A stretch of 64,000 nucleotides of DNA from Candidatus Bathyarchaeota archaeon (GCA_963807605.1 CAWECG010000003.1:544001-608000); one strand, 5' to 3'; counted from the stretch's first letter, positions 37,719-46,920 are shown. The notes: generated by a model not told the origin, from the letters alone. A program made the numbers and translations.

Positions 37719-40157
37719 TTACAATCCAAATTTCCTGAATGCATAGTACTTGGGGAAATCTACACCTAGTGTGAACAGTGCAGAGAATCCTAGGATGAAG
37801 AGAACTTCATATGATTTGAGTGGTGGAATGATGAGGCCGTAGATGCCCAGTAATGCAAATCCGCCTATGGCAAGTATGCTTGAGATAAGCAGTTCCCTTC
37901 CAGGGCGCGAGTTCCAGAAGTGTCTTCTCTCCCTTACCACGAGCACTCTAAACTGACTTGTGAATATGAGCATTAACATTACGAAGGTCTGGAGTGCCTC
38001 CCAGCCTAGGTGGAAGTAGTTTAAAGCGATGAACACTCCAATCGCACCCTCCACAATTAGCAGCGCGCCAATTACGAGCGACGCCAAAGTGATGTTACGT
38101 ACATTCCACAGATTTGGGCTACTTGTATGCTTTGCATTGTCGGTCGCCAGTGACATTGTCACAAAATCATTTGCGAATAGTAGGAGAACCATCCCCAGAA
38201 GCGAAAGCAAAACCTCATGCAACCAGAAAAATCCCAAGGCAAGTAACCCAACGAACTGTATCACCTTCGCGACCTTGTTTATGACCCACGTCAGCATTCG
38301 TTGATAGATCTGCCTGCTCGTCTTTATCGCATCCAGTATTTCCCTTGTACCCGGTTCGGTTAAGACTATACTCGAAGAAGCCTTTGCGACATCGGTGGAA
38401 TCGCTTACCGCTATCCCGACTTCTGCTTGCTTGAGTGCTGGCGAATCATTGACTCCATCACCCGTCATTCCTACTATGTATCCTCTGGATTGTAGAAGTT
38501 TCACAATCCTGTACTTGTCTTCGGGGTATATCTCAGCCAGACCATCGTTCTCCTCAAGAATTCTTGCCTGCTCGCTTTCGGTTAGGTCTTTAAGATCCGA
38601 AATCTTGTAGATCTTGTCCCCAATGGACACCTGACGGGCTATCTCCTTGGCTATGGCGATATTGTCACCTGTAAGCATCCTCGGTCTTACTCCGGCCGCT
38701 TTCAGTTCTTCAATCATGACTTTTGAGTCTGGTCTGGGTGGATCAGCGAGTGGTAGTAACCCTACAAGCCTAAGATTATTCATGTCGTTAAGTTCTGATC
38801 TGGCAATTGCGAGGGTCCTATACCCTTTCTGAGATAGCTCTTCCACTGTTCTTTTCGCTTTTTCCCGAGTTTCTTCGTCGATCCCCTTGCACAGAGACAT
38901 TATTACTTGTGGTGCACCCTTTACGGCTCGGAACCGTTCCTTCTTGGCTTCGATGATTGCTTCCGATCGCTTGGTGGATGGGTCGAAAGGCGTAAACGAA
39001 ATCTGTCTGTATGCGCTGGAGTCTATGCCCAATGCTCGGGCATATTCAATTACCGTTAGGTCGATCACATCTTTGCTTTCTTCTTTGGACGCTAAACTCG
39101 CTATGGCAGCAACGTCCTCTTTCTTATATCCAGCAAAGGGTATGGGATCGGTAACTGACAATTTGTTCTGCGTTATTGTACCCGTCTTATCGAGACAAAG
39201 TATCTCCATCGAAGCCGCATCCTCGATTGAATCAAGTCGTGTGACGAGAACCCCCTTCTTAGCAAGCTCTGTTGCACCGACGGCTAACACCACAGCGAAA
39301 ACTGCGGGTAAGGCAACAGGAACAGCTCCCATGAGGAAAATTAAGGCAAGAGTTAGTATGATTAGAATGTCTGAGTGTGCCAGTATAGCATCTACCGCCA
39401 CAAAGACCAGTGCTGCGATGCTCACATACATCATGTATTTGACGACGGCCATCATTATTTGCTCTTGATGCGAGCTCGGTTTGGCTATCTTGACTAGTTC
39501 GGCAGTCTTTCCAAAGTATGTATTGATGCCCGTGTTGAGCACAAGACACCTCGCTTCTCCTCGTTTCACTATGGAACTTGAGTAAACGATTCCTGAGTCA
39601 TGCACACTTACTGGAAGAGATTCGCCTGTCAGGGCTGACTGATCAACGGAAACTTGACCATTGACTATCTTGGCATCAGCTGGAACCAGATCTCCGGATC
39701 CAACTCCGATAATGTCTCCGGGGGCGATCTCTCTTGCGTCTTTTGTCACCCATTCTCCATTCCGCAAGACTCTGGCTTTAATGGCGAGTCTTTTCTTTAG
39801 GAGGTCTAACGTTCTCCGCGCATTACGTGTATGTACAAAGCCTATCGAAACGTTAGTCGTAAGCAGGCCAAAAATTATCGCAGCCTCAAGATAGTGATGC
39901 AAGGCGTATGAAAGTGCGAAAGTCAATTCTAATAGCCAAGGCAAAGGGCCCCAGTAGCGCGACAAAAAGTCAAGAAAGGGATTTCGCTGCTGCTCGATTA
40001 CTTCATTATACCCGAACTTTTCAAGCCTATTCCTGGCTTCAGATTCGGTAAGACCATTCACCGACGTTTCAAGCAGCTTGATTGTGTCTTCGATCGTGAG
40101 CTGCTTATATTCCGATGTCTTTTTGACTTCTTTCATAGCTGACATGTCTGTCCTCAA
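37719..40157 (-). CDS. P3A-type plasma-membrane H+-ATPase
   Basis: DQSALTGES, VPVALP, CLDKTGT, KGAP, DPPR, TGDGVND, NDF. Confidence 0.92.
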   Translation of the reverse strand: MRTDMSAMKEVKKTSEYKQLTIEDTIKLLETSVNGLTESEARNRLEKFGYNEVIEQQRNPFLDFLSRYWGPLPWLLELTFALSYALHHYLEAAIIFGLLTTNVSIGFVHTRNARRTLDLLKKRLAIKARVLRNGEWVTKDAREIAPGDIIGVGSGDLVPADAKIVNGQVSVDQSALTGESLPVSVHDSGIVYSSSIVKRGEARCLVLNTGINTYFGKTAELVKIAKPSSHQEQIMMAVVKYMMYVSIAALVFVAVDAILAHSDILIILTLALIFLMGAVPVALPAVFAVVLAVGATELAKKGVLVTRLDSIEDAASMEILCLDKTGTITQNKLSVTDPIPFAGYKKEDVAAIASLASKEESKDVIDLTVIEYARALGIDSSAYRQISFTPFDPSTKRSEAIIEAKKERFRAVKGAPQVIMSLCKGIDEETREKAKRTVEELSQKGYRTLAIARSELNDMNNLRLVGLLPLADPPRPDSKVMIEELKAAGVRPRMLTGDNIAIAKEIARQVSIGDKIYKISDLKDLTESEQARILEENDGLAEIYPEDKYRIVKLLQSRGYIVGMTGDGVNDSPALKQAEVGIAVSDSTDVAKASSSIVLTEPGTREILDAIKTSRQIYQRMLTWVINKVAKVIQFVGLLALGFFWLHEVLLSLLGMVLLLFANDFVTMSLATDNAKHTSSPNLWNVRNITLASLVIGALLIVEGAIGVFIALNYFHLGWEALQTFVMLMLIFTSQFRVLVVRERRHFWNSRPGRELLISSILAIGGFALLGIYGLIIPPLKSYEVLFILGFSALFTLGVDFPKYYAFRKFGL

Positions 40158-40315
40158 GCATTCTATGGTAGCACGCGCTAGAAGATAGGATACACAGAAG
40201 AAGAACTCAAGTTCCTGAAGGAGCGAATCTAGGTTTCGGTTGTGGTAATCCCGTCGATCTCGCTTTTCTAAGAGAGGGTCAGACTGTTAGCGCGCGCTGC
40301 GCGTATCCTCTGAAA

Positions 40316-40675
40316 TCAGTGTGATACGCCTACGTGTGTTACCTGTATTGACTGAAGAGGTGTCTTCCCACGGATCCATCTAGCTTTGAAGATTGAGACT
40401 TCAGGTAACTGATCTGATATAACCGTCGCATTCGCTTCTCCATTAATCAGTTTGAGTTGCACATTTTTTGATGAGCCCTTGAAGCGCATGCGTCATTCAT
40501 TGTTTATTGAGAGTTCCACGGTGTCATCTCTGGTCGTATCGATCTTTCCGTCGTCGGTCACAGCGGCGACTCGAAGTGTCTTCTCAGTCGACTTCTCTAT
40601 TCCTGGCAAAAATATTACCAAGCGCGTAGCTTCGGGTTGCTTTTTCTCTGTGGGTTCGTGCTTCGCTTTATCCAT
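40316..40675 (-). pseudogene. Paralog of 14774-15133 with one in-frame TGA (40493-40495)
   Basis: Same 360-bp length; NE*RM versus NESRI. Confidence 0.85.
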
Positions 40676-40842
40676 TTTGTGGATCCCCTTAAGATGACTT
40701 ACAGTTGCATGTAGTTACAATACAACTATTCTGCATTTGAATTTAGTGAGCGCTGGAACCTCAGCCGCTTTCTCAGGTCTATCCTATCACCCGCGTGCTA
40801 GTCAAAAATTAGCGTAATCTAGAATATAACTATGAGCGTGCG

Positions 40843-40963
40843 TTATATGGCATCATTGTCCCACCACTTACATCGTATCAGGCCCTCTTCGTATTAGGGT
40901 TCTTAGCATTATCCACTTTGGTTCTAATTCTTTTCCAGGTTTCACGTCTATAGAAGATTCGGA
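40843..40963 (+). pseudogene. C-terminal relic of a second H+-ATPase, starting at GCGTGCG (40836)
   Basis: LYGIIVPPLTSYQALFVLGFLAL versus IYGLIIPPLKSYEVLFILGFSAL of 37719-40157. Confidence 0.8.
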
Positions 40964-40964
40964 T

Positions 40965-40987
40965 GTGTGTGTGCCTTAGCTGGTGAG
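40965..40987 (-). repeat. 23-bp repeat GTGTGTGTGCCTTAGCTGGTGAG
   Basis: Matches 42600-42622 and the reverse complement of 11872/11921. Confidence 0.8.
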
Positions 40988-41094
40988 CACACACACTAAC
41001 ATAATCTAACGGTTCAAATCTGGAGGCTCTCCAGCTATGGCGACGACGACGAACGGTTCACTACGCTCACCAAGGGACAGGACACGGGATTTTG

Positions 41095-41400
41095 CTATTG
41101 AGAGTTGTTGCCTTCCCGGTCTTCATCTTCCAGAACTTCTATAACCTTTTCGACAATCTTCGGTCTTGCGTGTATTCTGAATTCGAAGTGGGCTGGCGGA
41201 AAATTATGTTGAGTGATGGTTCCATTCACCGAATAGTCTTGCTCTTTCTCTGGAAATCTTACGTAGACAGGTGAGAATTTCCGTAATACAAGATCGTTTC
41301 CCAATATATCTGCCCAAGCTAACCGACACAGTCTCCTCCCCCCCAACAGAGGCAGATGCCGTGAAAACTCAATAAGCTTTTGCTCAGTCGTGCAGAGCAA
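41095..41400 (-). CDS. Hypothetical protein downstream of the MFS gene
   Basis: ORF overlapping the MFS stop; no motif recognised. Confidence 0.4.
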   Translation of the reverse strand: MLCTTEQKLIEFSRHLPLLGGRRLCRLAWADILGNDLVLRKFSPVYVRFPEKEQDYSVNGTITQHNFPPAHFEFRIHARPKIVEKVIEVLEDEDREGNNSQ

Positions 41401-42580
41401 GAGTAACAGGTAATAATAGGATGAATGCTCCTCCGGCCAGAAGAAAGGTATTCTTGATGTTGATCAGCTCTATCAATCTGCCAGCCAACAGGGGTCCGAT
41501 GGTATAGCCTAGGTCTTTGAAGGTAGCTATGGCTCCTGTCATAACGACTTTGTCCTTACGCATGATATCAGACATTCTTGAATACAATGCGATGAAAATC
41601 ATCGTGTAACTTATCGTGAAAGCCGTCACGACTGCTATTATGTAGTAGAAGTTGCTTGACAATGGAATCAAGATCCCTGTCAGTGTAGTCAACGCGATCG
41701 CTGACGTCAGCGTCTTGCGGATTCCGTGACGATCTATTAGGTTCCCCATTGGCAATTCAAGGCCGACGGCAGGTAACAAGGCGATTGTGAGTATAACGCC
41801 AATCAGAGGAATAGAGATTCCTTCATGGTTAAGAAAAATCGAAAGGAAAGAATAGTAAACGTTGATCAGGGCATAGAACACAATTATTAGGAATGTGGTC
41901 TTTATGAATCGGTTATTGCGCATGTAGCCTGACAGTTTAACCATTTGAACTTTCAACGGTGCTCTCTCAGGTTTAGGCGTCTCCTTTAGGTAGAGTGAAA
42001 CTACGACAAATGCGGTCAAGCTTGTCAAGCTGAGCACATAGAATGGCAGGAAGAAAGAAAGAATGGAGATAAAGCCTCCTACAAAGGGTGATAATGCTGA
42101 AGCGAGATCATTCATGCTGGAGAAGAATCCGACCTCCTTTCCTTTGGCACGTTTGTCAGTGTACCCGAGAATATAGGCCCATGAAGTCAGCCAGAGGAAA
42201 GAAGATGCAATTCCCCTAGCGATGCTCACCAACAGTAGCAGGGGAAAGCTGTTAGCCATGGGATAGAACAGTGCGAGGCCAGAGTAGACAAGCAACACAA
42301 TCTGCAGAACCCGTTTGATATTCATCCTAACTTCTATAATGCCGAAGGGAATATTGAGAAAGATCCCTGCCATAGTTGTAAGTGAAAGGACAAGGCCGGT
42401 CAAGAACGAGTTTCCAGTCACATTGTTTACGTATATCGAGAATACTGGAGATGTCACGCCCCAACCGAAAGTGTAAATGAAGAACGCAACTGAGATGGGG
42501 AGGAATACTCTCCGGAAACTCCTGATGTGACGTAGGTCGCTGAACTCTTTGAACATGTCGACTACATTCAGCGCGAGCAT
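41384..42580 (-). CDS. MFS transporter
   Basis: About 12 TM segments, G.LIDRHG.RK, GYTIGPLLAG. Confidence 0.88.
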   Translation of the reverse strand: MLALNVVDMFKEFSDLRHIRSFRRVFLPISVAFFIYTFGWGVTSPVFSIYVNNVTGNSFLTGLVLSLTTMAGIFLNIPFGIIEVRMNIKRVLQIVLLVYSGLALFYPMANSFPLLLLVSIARGIASSFLWLTSWAYILGYTDKRAKGKEVGFFSSMNDLASALSPFVGGFISILSFFLPFYVLSLTSLTAFVVVSLYLKETPKPERAPLKVQMVKLSGYMRNNRFIKTTFLIIVFYALINVYYSFLSIFLNHEGISIPLIGVILTIALLPAVGLELPMGNLIDRHGIRKTLTSAIALTTLTGILIPLSSNFYYIIAVVTAFTISYTMIFIALYSRMSDIMRKDKVVMTGAIATFKDLGYTIGPLLAGRLIELINIKNTFLLAGGAFILLLPVTLALHD

Positions 42581-42599
42581 TAAAGAATTGCTTGGTTAC

Positions 42600-42622
42600 G
42601 TGTGTGTGGCCTAGCTGGTGAG
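42600..42622 (-). repeat. 23-bp repeat GTGTGTGTGGCCTAGCTGGTGAG
   Basis: Direct repeat with 40965-40987, flanking the MFS module. Confidence 0.8.
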
Positions 42623-42785
42623 GGGGATATAGATAACTGGCTGTTTGGTGTGGTCATGTGGATACGAGTTTTTGACGTGGATATCCACGCGGACATTTCT
42701 GGGATGAAGTGGGTATATTAGCGTGCACCTAACTGTTATTTATTCCACTTCGTACAAATCAATACTAGAAGATTAAGGCATTACT

Positions 42786-43076
42786 ATGAAGGCACTTCTC
42801 GACACAAACATTGTAATACATCGTGAAACAAGTATTCCTTTACATAAAGGCATTGGACATCTCTTTCGTTGGATTGACAATCTAAACTATATGAAATGTA
42901 TCCATCAAGTAACTGTTGATGAAATAAACAAACTGAAGAATGAAGAAAAACTAAGGATTTTCTATTAAATTACAGAGCTACAACATTCTCCCTACAACAG
43001 CGCCTCTAAATCCTTCAGTACATTCGATCTCCAAGAAACACGATTTCAACGAGAAAGATGTCAATGACACCAAGCC
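42786..43076 (+). pseudogene. PIN-domain protein N-terminal relic
   Basis: MKALLDTNIVIHRE; frameshift near 42965; continues KLQSYNIL..DVNDT; ends at CGTGTATAC. Confidence 0.7.
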
Positions 43077-43098
43077 TCGTGTATACTATGGTTTTGCT

Positions 43099-43932
43099 TT
43101 GTCTTCTGGACGACTGGCAACTGGAGTCTTCGACATTTTTGCCCGACAGATCTTGGAAGAATTGAAAGCAAATAATCGTGCAAAAGAAAATTTCGCTCTA
43201 GAGGTTCTTGGAAGGATCGATGGAAATATTGCGAGGACTAATTTGGCTGAAGCGCTGCTTAGTTCTGTTATCACGATGATACCTAAAATAGGGCTATCTT
43301 CGGAACCTATTGTTTTTGAAACTCTTAGGGAATGTGGGAACAGCCTCTCAGAAGCACAAAAGGAGACTGTCATGTCACACCTCAAGAAGTTTATTGATGG
43401 GGGAGTCCAAGAAATAGTCTTCCTCATTGGGCACCTAGGTGCCTACCTTAGGATGACTCCGCCTGCATCACTACGACATCTGATCGAAAGCTACAGGCGC
43501 AGGAACCTGCAGGAAAAGCAGCAGATCCTCTCAGCGGCTCAACCCCAAGTTAGTGCCATAGATGAAACAAGTCGATTGCAGATTCTGGAAGGTCTAGCCG
43601 ATCATATTAAAGGTGCTAATCTTAATGACGCACGGTTCGCCTTGAAGGTCATTAAGGAAAATGCTTCGGTGTTCCCCACCGAAGAGGAGAAGAAAAGAAG
43701 CTTCTTCAAGATTCTCCTCGAGCGTGTTGGGGATGACCAATGCCAAGTGCGAAAGGAGACCTTGATTCTGATAGGAGAGATGATGGACTTCTGGAAGGAA
43801 GACAAAAAATTCGTTCGAGAGATAAATGAGAAGCTTCGAGTTTGGGTTGAGAATCCTTTGCTGTCAGAGACCGCCAAAGGAGTATCTGTTAGCCTAAATG
43901 AAGGAGATTTACCTAAAGGCGTTGCTCAATAG
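43099..43932 (+). CDS. Alpha-helical HEAT/ARM-like protein, probably 5'-truncated
   Basis: Helical, Leu-rich; D..QVRKE.L..IG HEAT-like unit; no clear start. Confidence 0.55.
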   Translation: MSSGRLATGVFDIFARQILEELKANNRAKENFALEVLGRIDGNIARTNLAEALLSSVITMIPKIGLSSEPIVFETLRECGNSLSEAQKETVMSHLKKFIDGGVQEIVFLIGHLGAYLRMTPPASLRHLIESYRRRNLQEKQQILSAAQPQVSAIDETSRLQILEGLADHIKGANLNDARFALKVIKENASVFPTEEEKKRSFFKILLERVGDDQCQVRKETLILIGEMMDFWKEDKKFVREINEKLRVWVENPLLSETAKGVSVSLNEGDLPKGVAQ

Positions 43933-44108
43933 ATATGTGAAACATAACAAAGGATTCCCGTAGTTGTGTAAGGCGTGACAAAGGAATTATTTGTTTTCAG
44001 TCAAGCAAAATCCCAGGCTATCCTGGAATTGCGAAATTAGATACGGATTCTTTGTTACTGGCACGTCGTGGTGGGTTCTGGTTCTGTTATAGTTGTACCG
44101 AATTCTGA

Positions 44109-44194
44109 CCCTACATGTGTAGGGATGGTTTAAGTATAGAGTAAGTTACCTACATGTAGGCAGTGCTTATAAATAAATTGAATTGCCTACATAT
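44109..44194 (+). promoter_or_regulatory. CCTACA-based palindromes around the promoter of the AbiE-like pair
   Basis: CCCTACATGTGTAGGG (44109), perfect CCTACATGTAGG (44149), half-site CCTACAT (44186), TTATAAAT at 44167. Confidence 0.65.
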
Positions 44195-44214
44195 CTGTCG
44201 AGGTTCGGTCAGCC

Positions 44215-44817
44215 ATGTTAATGAGGGGTAGAAAACGGGAACGTGTTCTGAGAGTGCTGCTCAATGAGCCTGACGGCATCCTCACTAAGTATAAGATAGC
44301 AAAGCTTTCGGAATGCTCGCGTGAGTGGGTCATAGAATTTCTCAGGAAACTCGAAGAACAAAGCCTCGTCGAGGAAACCAAGATTCACGACTATAACAAG
44401 CTCATAGAATACTGGAGCCGGGTTCGATTGAAGCCTGAGCATAGAGACTATATGCTCAGAGAACCTCTTGAACTTCTCCGGAAGACAGAGCTCAAATATG
44501 CATTGACCAGCTATCAGGCGGAGAATCTAGTCCAACACTACCTCTTCCCATCACGTACCGACCTCTATATTCTACAAGAGGAACTGACGAAATGGCACAA
44601 AGCGATAGTCGCTGGAGGTGGCCTGGTGGGCAAAGGTAACCTCCGTCTACTCATCGCAGACAGACACGTATTCTATAAGGTCTCTAGGATTCAAGAGTTG
44701 ACAGTAGTCTCCTTGCCGCAACTTATTGTTGACCTTCTTGCGGAAGGCGGTCCCTGTGTAGACGCTGCACAACTTCTACTGGAAAAGGTGAGCAGGCAAA
44801 CTGTACCAACCTTATGA
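44215..44817 (+). CDS. wHTH regulator / AbiEi-like type IV antitoxin
   Basis: N-terminal wHTH; YALT.Y.A..D.YI; VVSLPQLIVDL...GG...AA. Confidence 0.7.
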   Translation: MLMRGRKRERVLRVLLNEPDGILTKYKIAKLSECSREWVIEFLRKLEEQSLVEETKIHDYNKLIEYWSRVRLKPEHRDYMLREPLELLRKTELKYALTSYQAENLVQHYLFPSRTDLYILQEELTKWHKAIVAGGGLVGKGNLRLLIADRHVFYKVSRIQELTVVSLPQLIVDLLAEGGPCVDAAQLLLEKVSRQTVPTL

Positions 44818-44839
44818 AGTTGAGATCTCACAGAATTAC

Positions 44840-45592
44840 ATGCAGACCGTCATCTCCAAGCTCAGAGAGCCGGTATGCGTACTTGGAGGCTGGGCCGTAT
44901 ATCTAACGGTAGGAGAGAATTTCAAGCGAGAGCATGGAAGAGACTACCTAGGTTCAAGAGACATAGATATTGGCTTTCATATTGAGAGGGACTGGAGAAG
45001 GACTGAGATGGAGAACTCCAATTTGGCCCTCGCCATCATAACGCTGAAAGAGATGGGTTTCGAGCCTCTCAGTTTCAGATTCGTCAAACACTTCCATGCA
45101 GACACCAAGTAAGAACTGAAAGGAGAAAACGCAAGAAAGACACCTTCATATGAGATGTTCGATCTGTTCGTGGATCCTGTGGTTGACTATATTCATCCAG
45201 AGACCCGTGAAATCTTCGGCTTTGTTCCTATAGATGAGCCTTTACTCAAACATGCATTAGTCGGACAAGAGTTCCGGATCATAGAGCTTTTTAGCAGGAA
45301 GGTTCTCCTTCCTCTTGCACACGTCCTGTTGGCAACCAAAATCAAAAGTGTAGGTCAACGGGACAAGGAGCATAAACGAGTCAAGGATATAGCTGATATC
45401 TATGCACTGTCATGGTATTCCGATAAATCACTAGCATCATTGAGAACATCTGTTGCATCGATGATCCCTTCTCAAGAGACTAAGGTAGTAGTCGCAAGTT
45501 TTACAAAAGATGACCTGAACGCTGTGTCTAACAGTCTGGGCATAGAATCTCATCAAATTCAACGAGTCCTAAACGAGCTTAAGTCTGTATGA
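44840..45592 (+). pseudogene. AbiEii-like nucleotidyltransferase interrupted by an in-frame TAA (45110-45112)
   Basis: LGGWAV..SRDID, LATK, KRVKDIADI; the two ORFs are in the same frame. Confidence 0.75.
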
Positions 45593-45607
45593 TGAGCCTA
45601 TACTACT

Positions 45608-46309
45608 TCATGGTTGAGAATAAGTCGGCCACAATGCTACGATGAATGGTTCGCCTACATCTGCCAAATGAAATATTGAGTAACCTACTGGAAGAGCCGG
45701 AGCGATCTTCGAGAATTCGCTTCCAAGAACCCTACCTATCGTGTCAAGGTCTCCTCCATACTTGGTTCTGAAATGAATGCTGACGTTCATTGACGATCTC
45801 ATGACTGGGTCAAAGTCACTGATCTTCAGACCATTATCTCCCTTATAGTGTCCAATCGCTTGTGGTCGCACACCAGAAAACGCCATGAGCGAAGCCGCCA
45901 CCCTAGCATCCAGACTACAAGCCCTGAAAAACTTTGACAGCTGCTCAGCAACCGGCACCTGCTCATCTATCAGAGTGGGGAAATCACCAAGACTAGTGAT
46001 CTTGATATACGCTCGCACATCAACACGGTTATGAAGTAACCATGACTTGAGAGCCTTAACGACACTCTCAATGTAGCTACCCGCATGCCCCCTCCCCTCC
46101 ATCTCCGTCACAACATCCATCAAAAGATTGGTAGCATCCTGCTCACTCATCCTTGCAAGCTCACAAAAAGACGTCCCCCGAGCGGCACATAAAGAACCCA
46201 CACGCCTCAAGTAGACATCCGCGGTAATCCTGCTACCACGCGCCAAATTATCGTACCATCTGCGAATCACTGGATCATCCAACAAATGGCGATACTTCGA
46301 TTTCAACAT
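45608..46309 (-). mobile_element. Truncated tyrosine integrase fused in frame to a foreign C-terminal tail
   Basis: RRWYDNLARGS.ITADVYLRR, SGVRP (first catalytic Arg), GLKISDF; no HxxR/Tyr; next to a tRNA 3' end. Confidence 0.8.
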
Positions 46310-46397
46310 GACACATTTATCATATCGCCTTTTAAACGACCCAGCCTCCAAATTCGGCTGCGACCCAAAATCGAGAGAGGGCCCTGAACCCAGATCG

Positions 46398-46495
46398 TGG
46401 TGGGCCGGGAGGGATTTGAACCCTCGACCACCTGCGTGTCAGGCAGGTATCCTAAGTATCCTGCATCTAATACATCCAGACTAGACGACCGGCCC
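46398..46495 (-). tRNA. tRNA-Val(GAC) with a ~20-nt D-loop intron and encoded CCA
   Basis: GGGCCGG acceptor, CCTGC-CTGACAC-GCAGG anticodon arm, GAGGGTTCAAATCCCTC T-arm, ACCA. Confidence 0.93.
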
Positions 46496-46650
46496 ACAAT
46501 TTGCGGGTAAAAGATGCTTCCTTGGCATATTTAACATTCGCATCGCCAAGCTCTCTGGATTCCTTATCCGACGCAAGAGCTCAGGCTGGGAGAATTACTA
46601 TGCCACGAGGCGCATCCAGATGTCTCGTGTCTTTAACAGAAAACGATTCT

Positions 46651-46839
46651 TCAGACGATTCTGACACGGTTAATTTTCTTGTTCTGCCAAGAGTAGCTTC
46701 TCATCTGGCTTGTTAGACCGTAACCGCACGCCGCACATCTTCTCTTGCTCAGGCTGTATGAATGCCTTCCACACCTTCGGCAAGTTATGTGCGACTTGCC
46801 TTTGCTTCTCTTGCCCATTGAAGGTGTGCCTTTGGTCAT
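46651..46839 (-). CDS. rpl37e: 50S ribosomal protein L37e
   Basis: [22 protein letters not shown]. Confidence 0.97.
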   Translation of the reverse strand: MTKGTPSMGKRSKGKSHITCRRCGRHSYSLSKRRCAACGYGLTSQMRSYSWQNKKINRVRIV

Positions 46840-46920
46840 GATTCTATCTCCTATTCAATCACTGACGGAGGTGCTATGGTACTGATGGATATGTGGTCGA
46901 TTCTCTCTTGGTTCTATTCT

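Larger units (their letters stand above)
774..43086. repeat. Dispersed alternating CG/RY junction cores
   Basis: Pure CG runs of 7 nt or more at 6378, 8503, 10730, 12035, 14601, 14754, 15165, 15494, 18468, 23923, 26141, 28623, 30834, 33474, 34491, 34962, 40290; degenerate cores e.g. 774, 2166, 3711, 8585, 13508, 14362, 20024, 22054, 28415, 36031, 36661, 37411, 40171, 40792, 40836, 42721. Confidence 0.85.

Noticed and set aside
6385-40963. Gene relics as assembly or amplification chimeras
   Set aside because: The relics differ from the intact paralogs by many substitutions, so they are not copies of the same locus; read-level confirmation is still advisable
774-43086. Classical integron (attC sites with RYYYAAC...GTTRRRY, IntI)
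   Set aside because: No consistent attC hairpins or R-boxes by eye, genes are in mixed orientation with their own promoters, and the integrase is not recognisably IntI; IntegronFinder would settle it
46376-46391. GGGTTCAGG(G)CC downstream of tRNA-Val resembling the arm at 34400
   Set aside because: Only about 9 nt are identical, too short to separate from chance
1-46397. Duplicated tRNA-Val 3' end marking the island's far boundary
   Set aside because: No second TGGGCCGGGAGGGATT-like copy was noticed; the boundary is outside the window or lost
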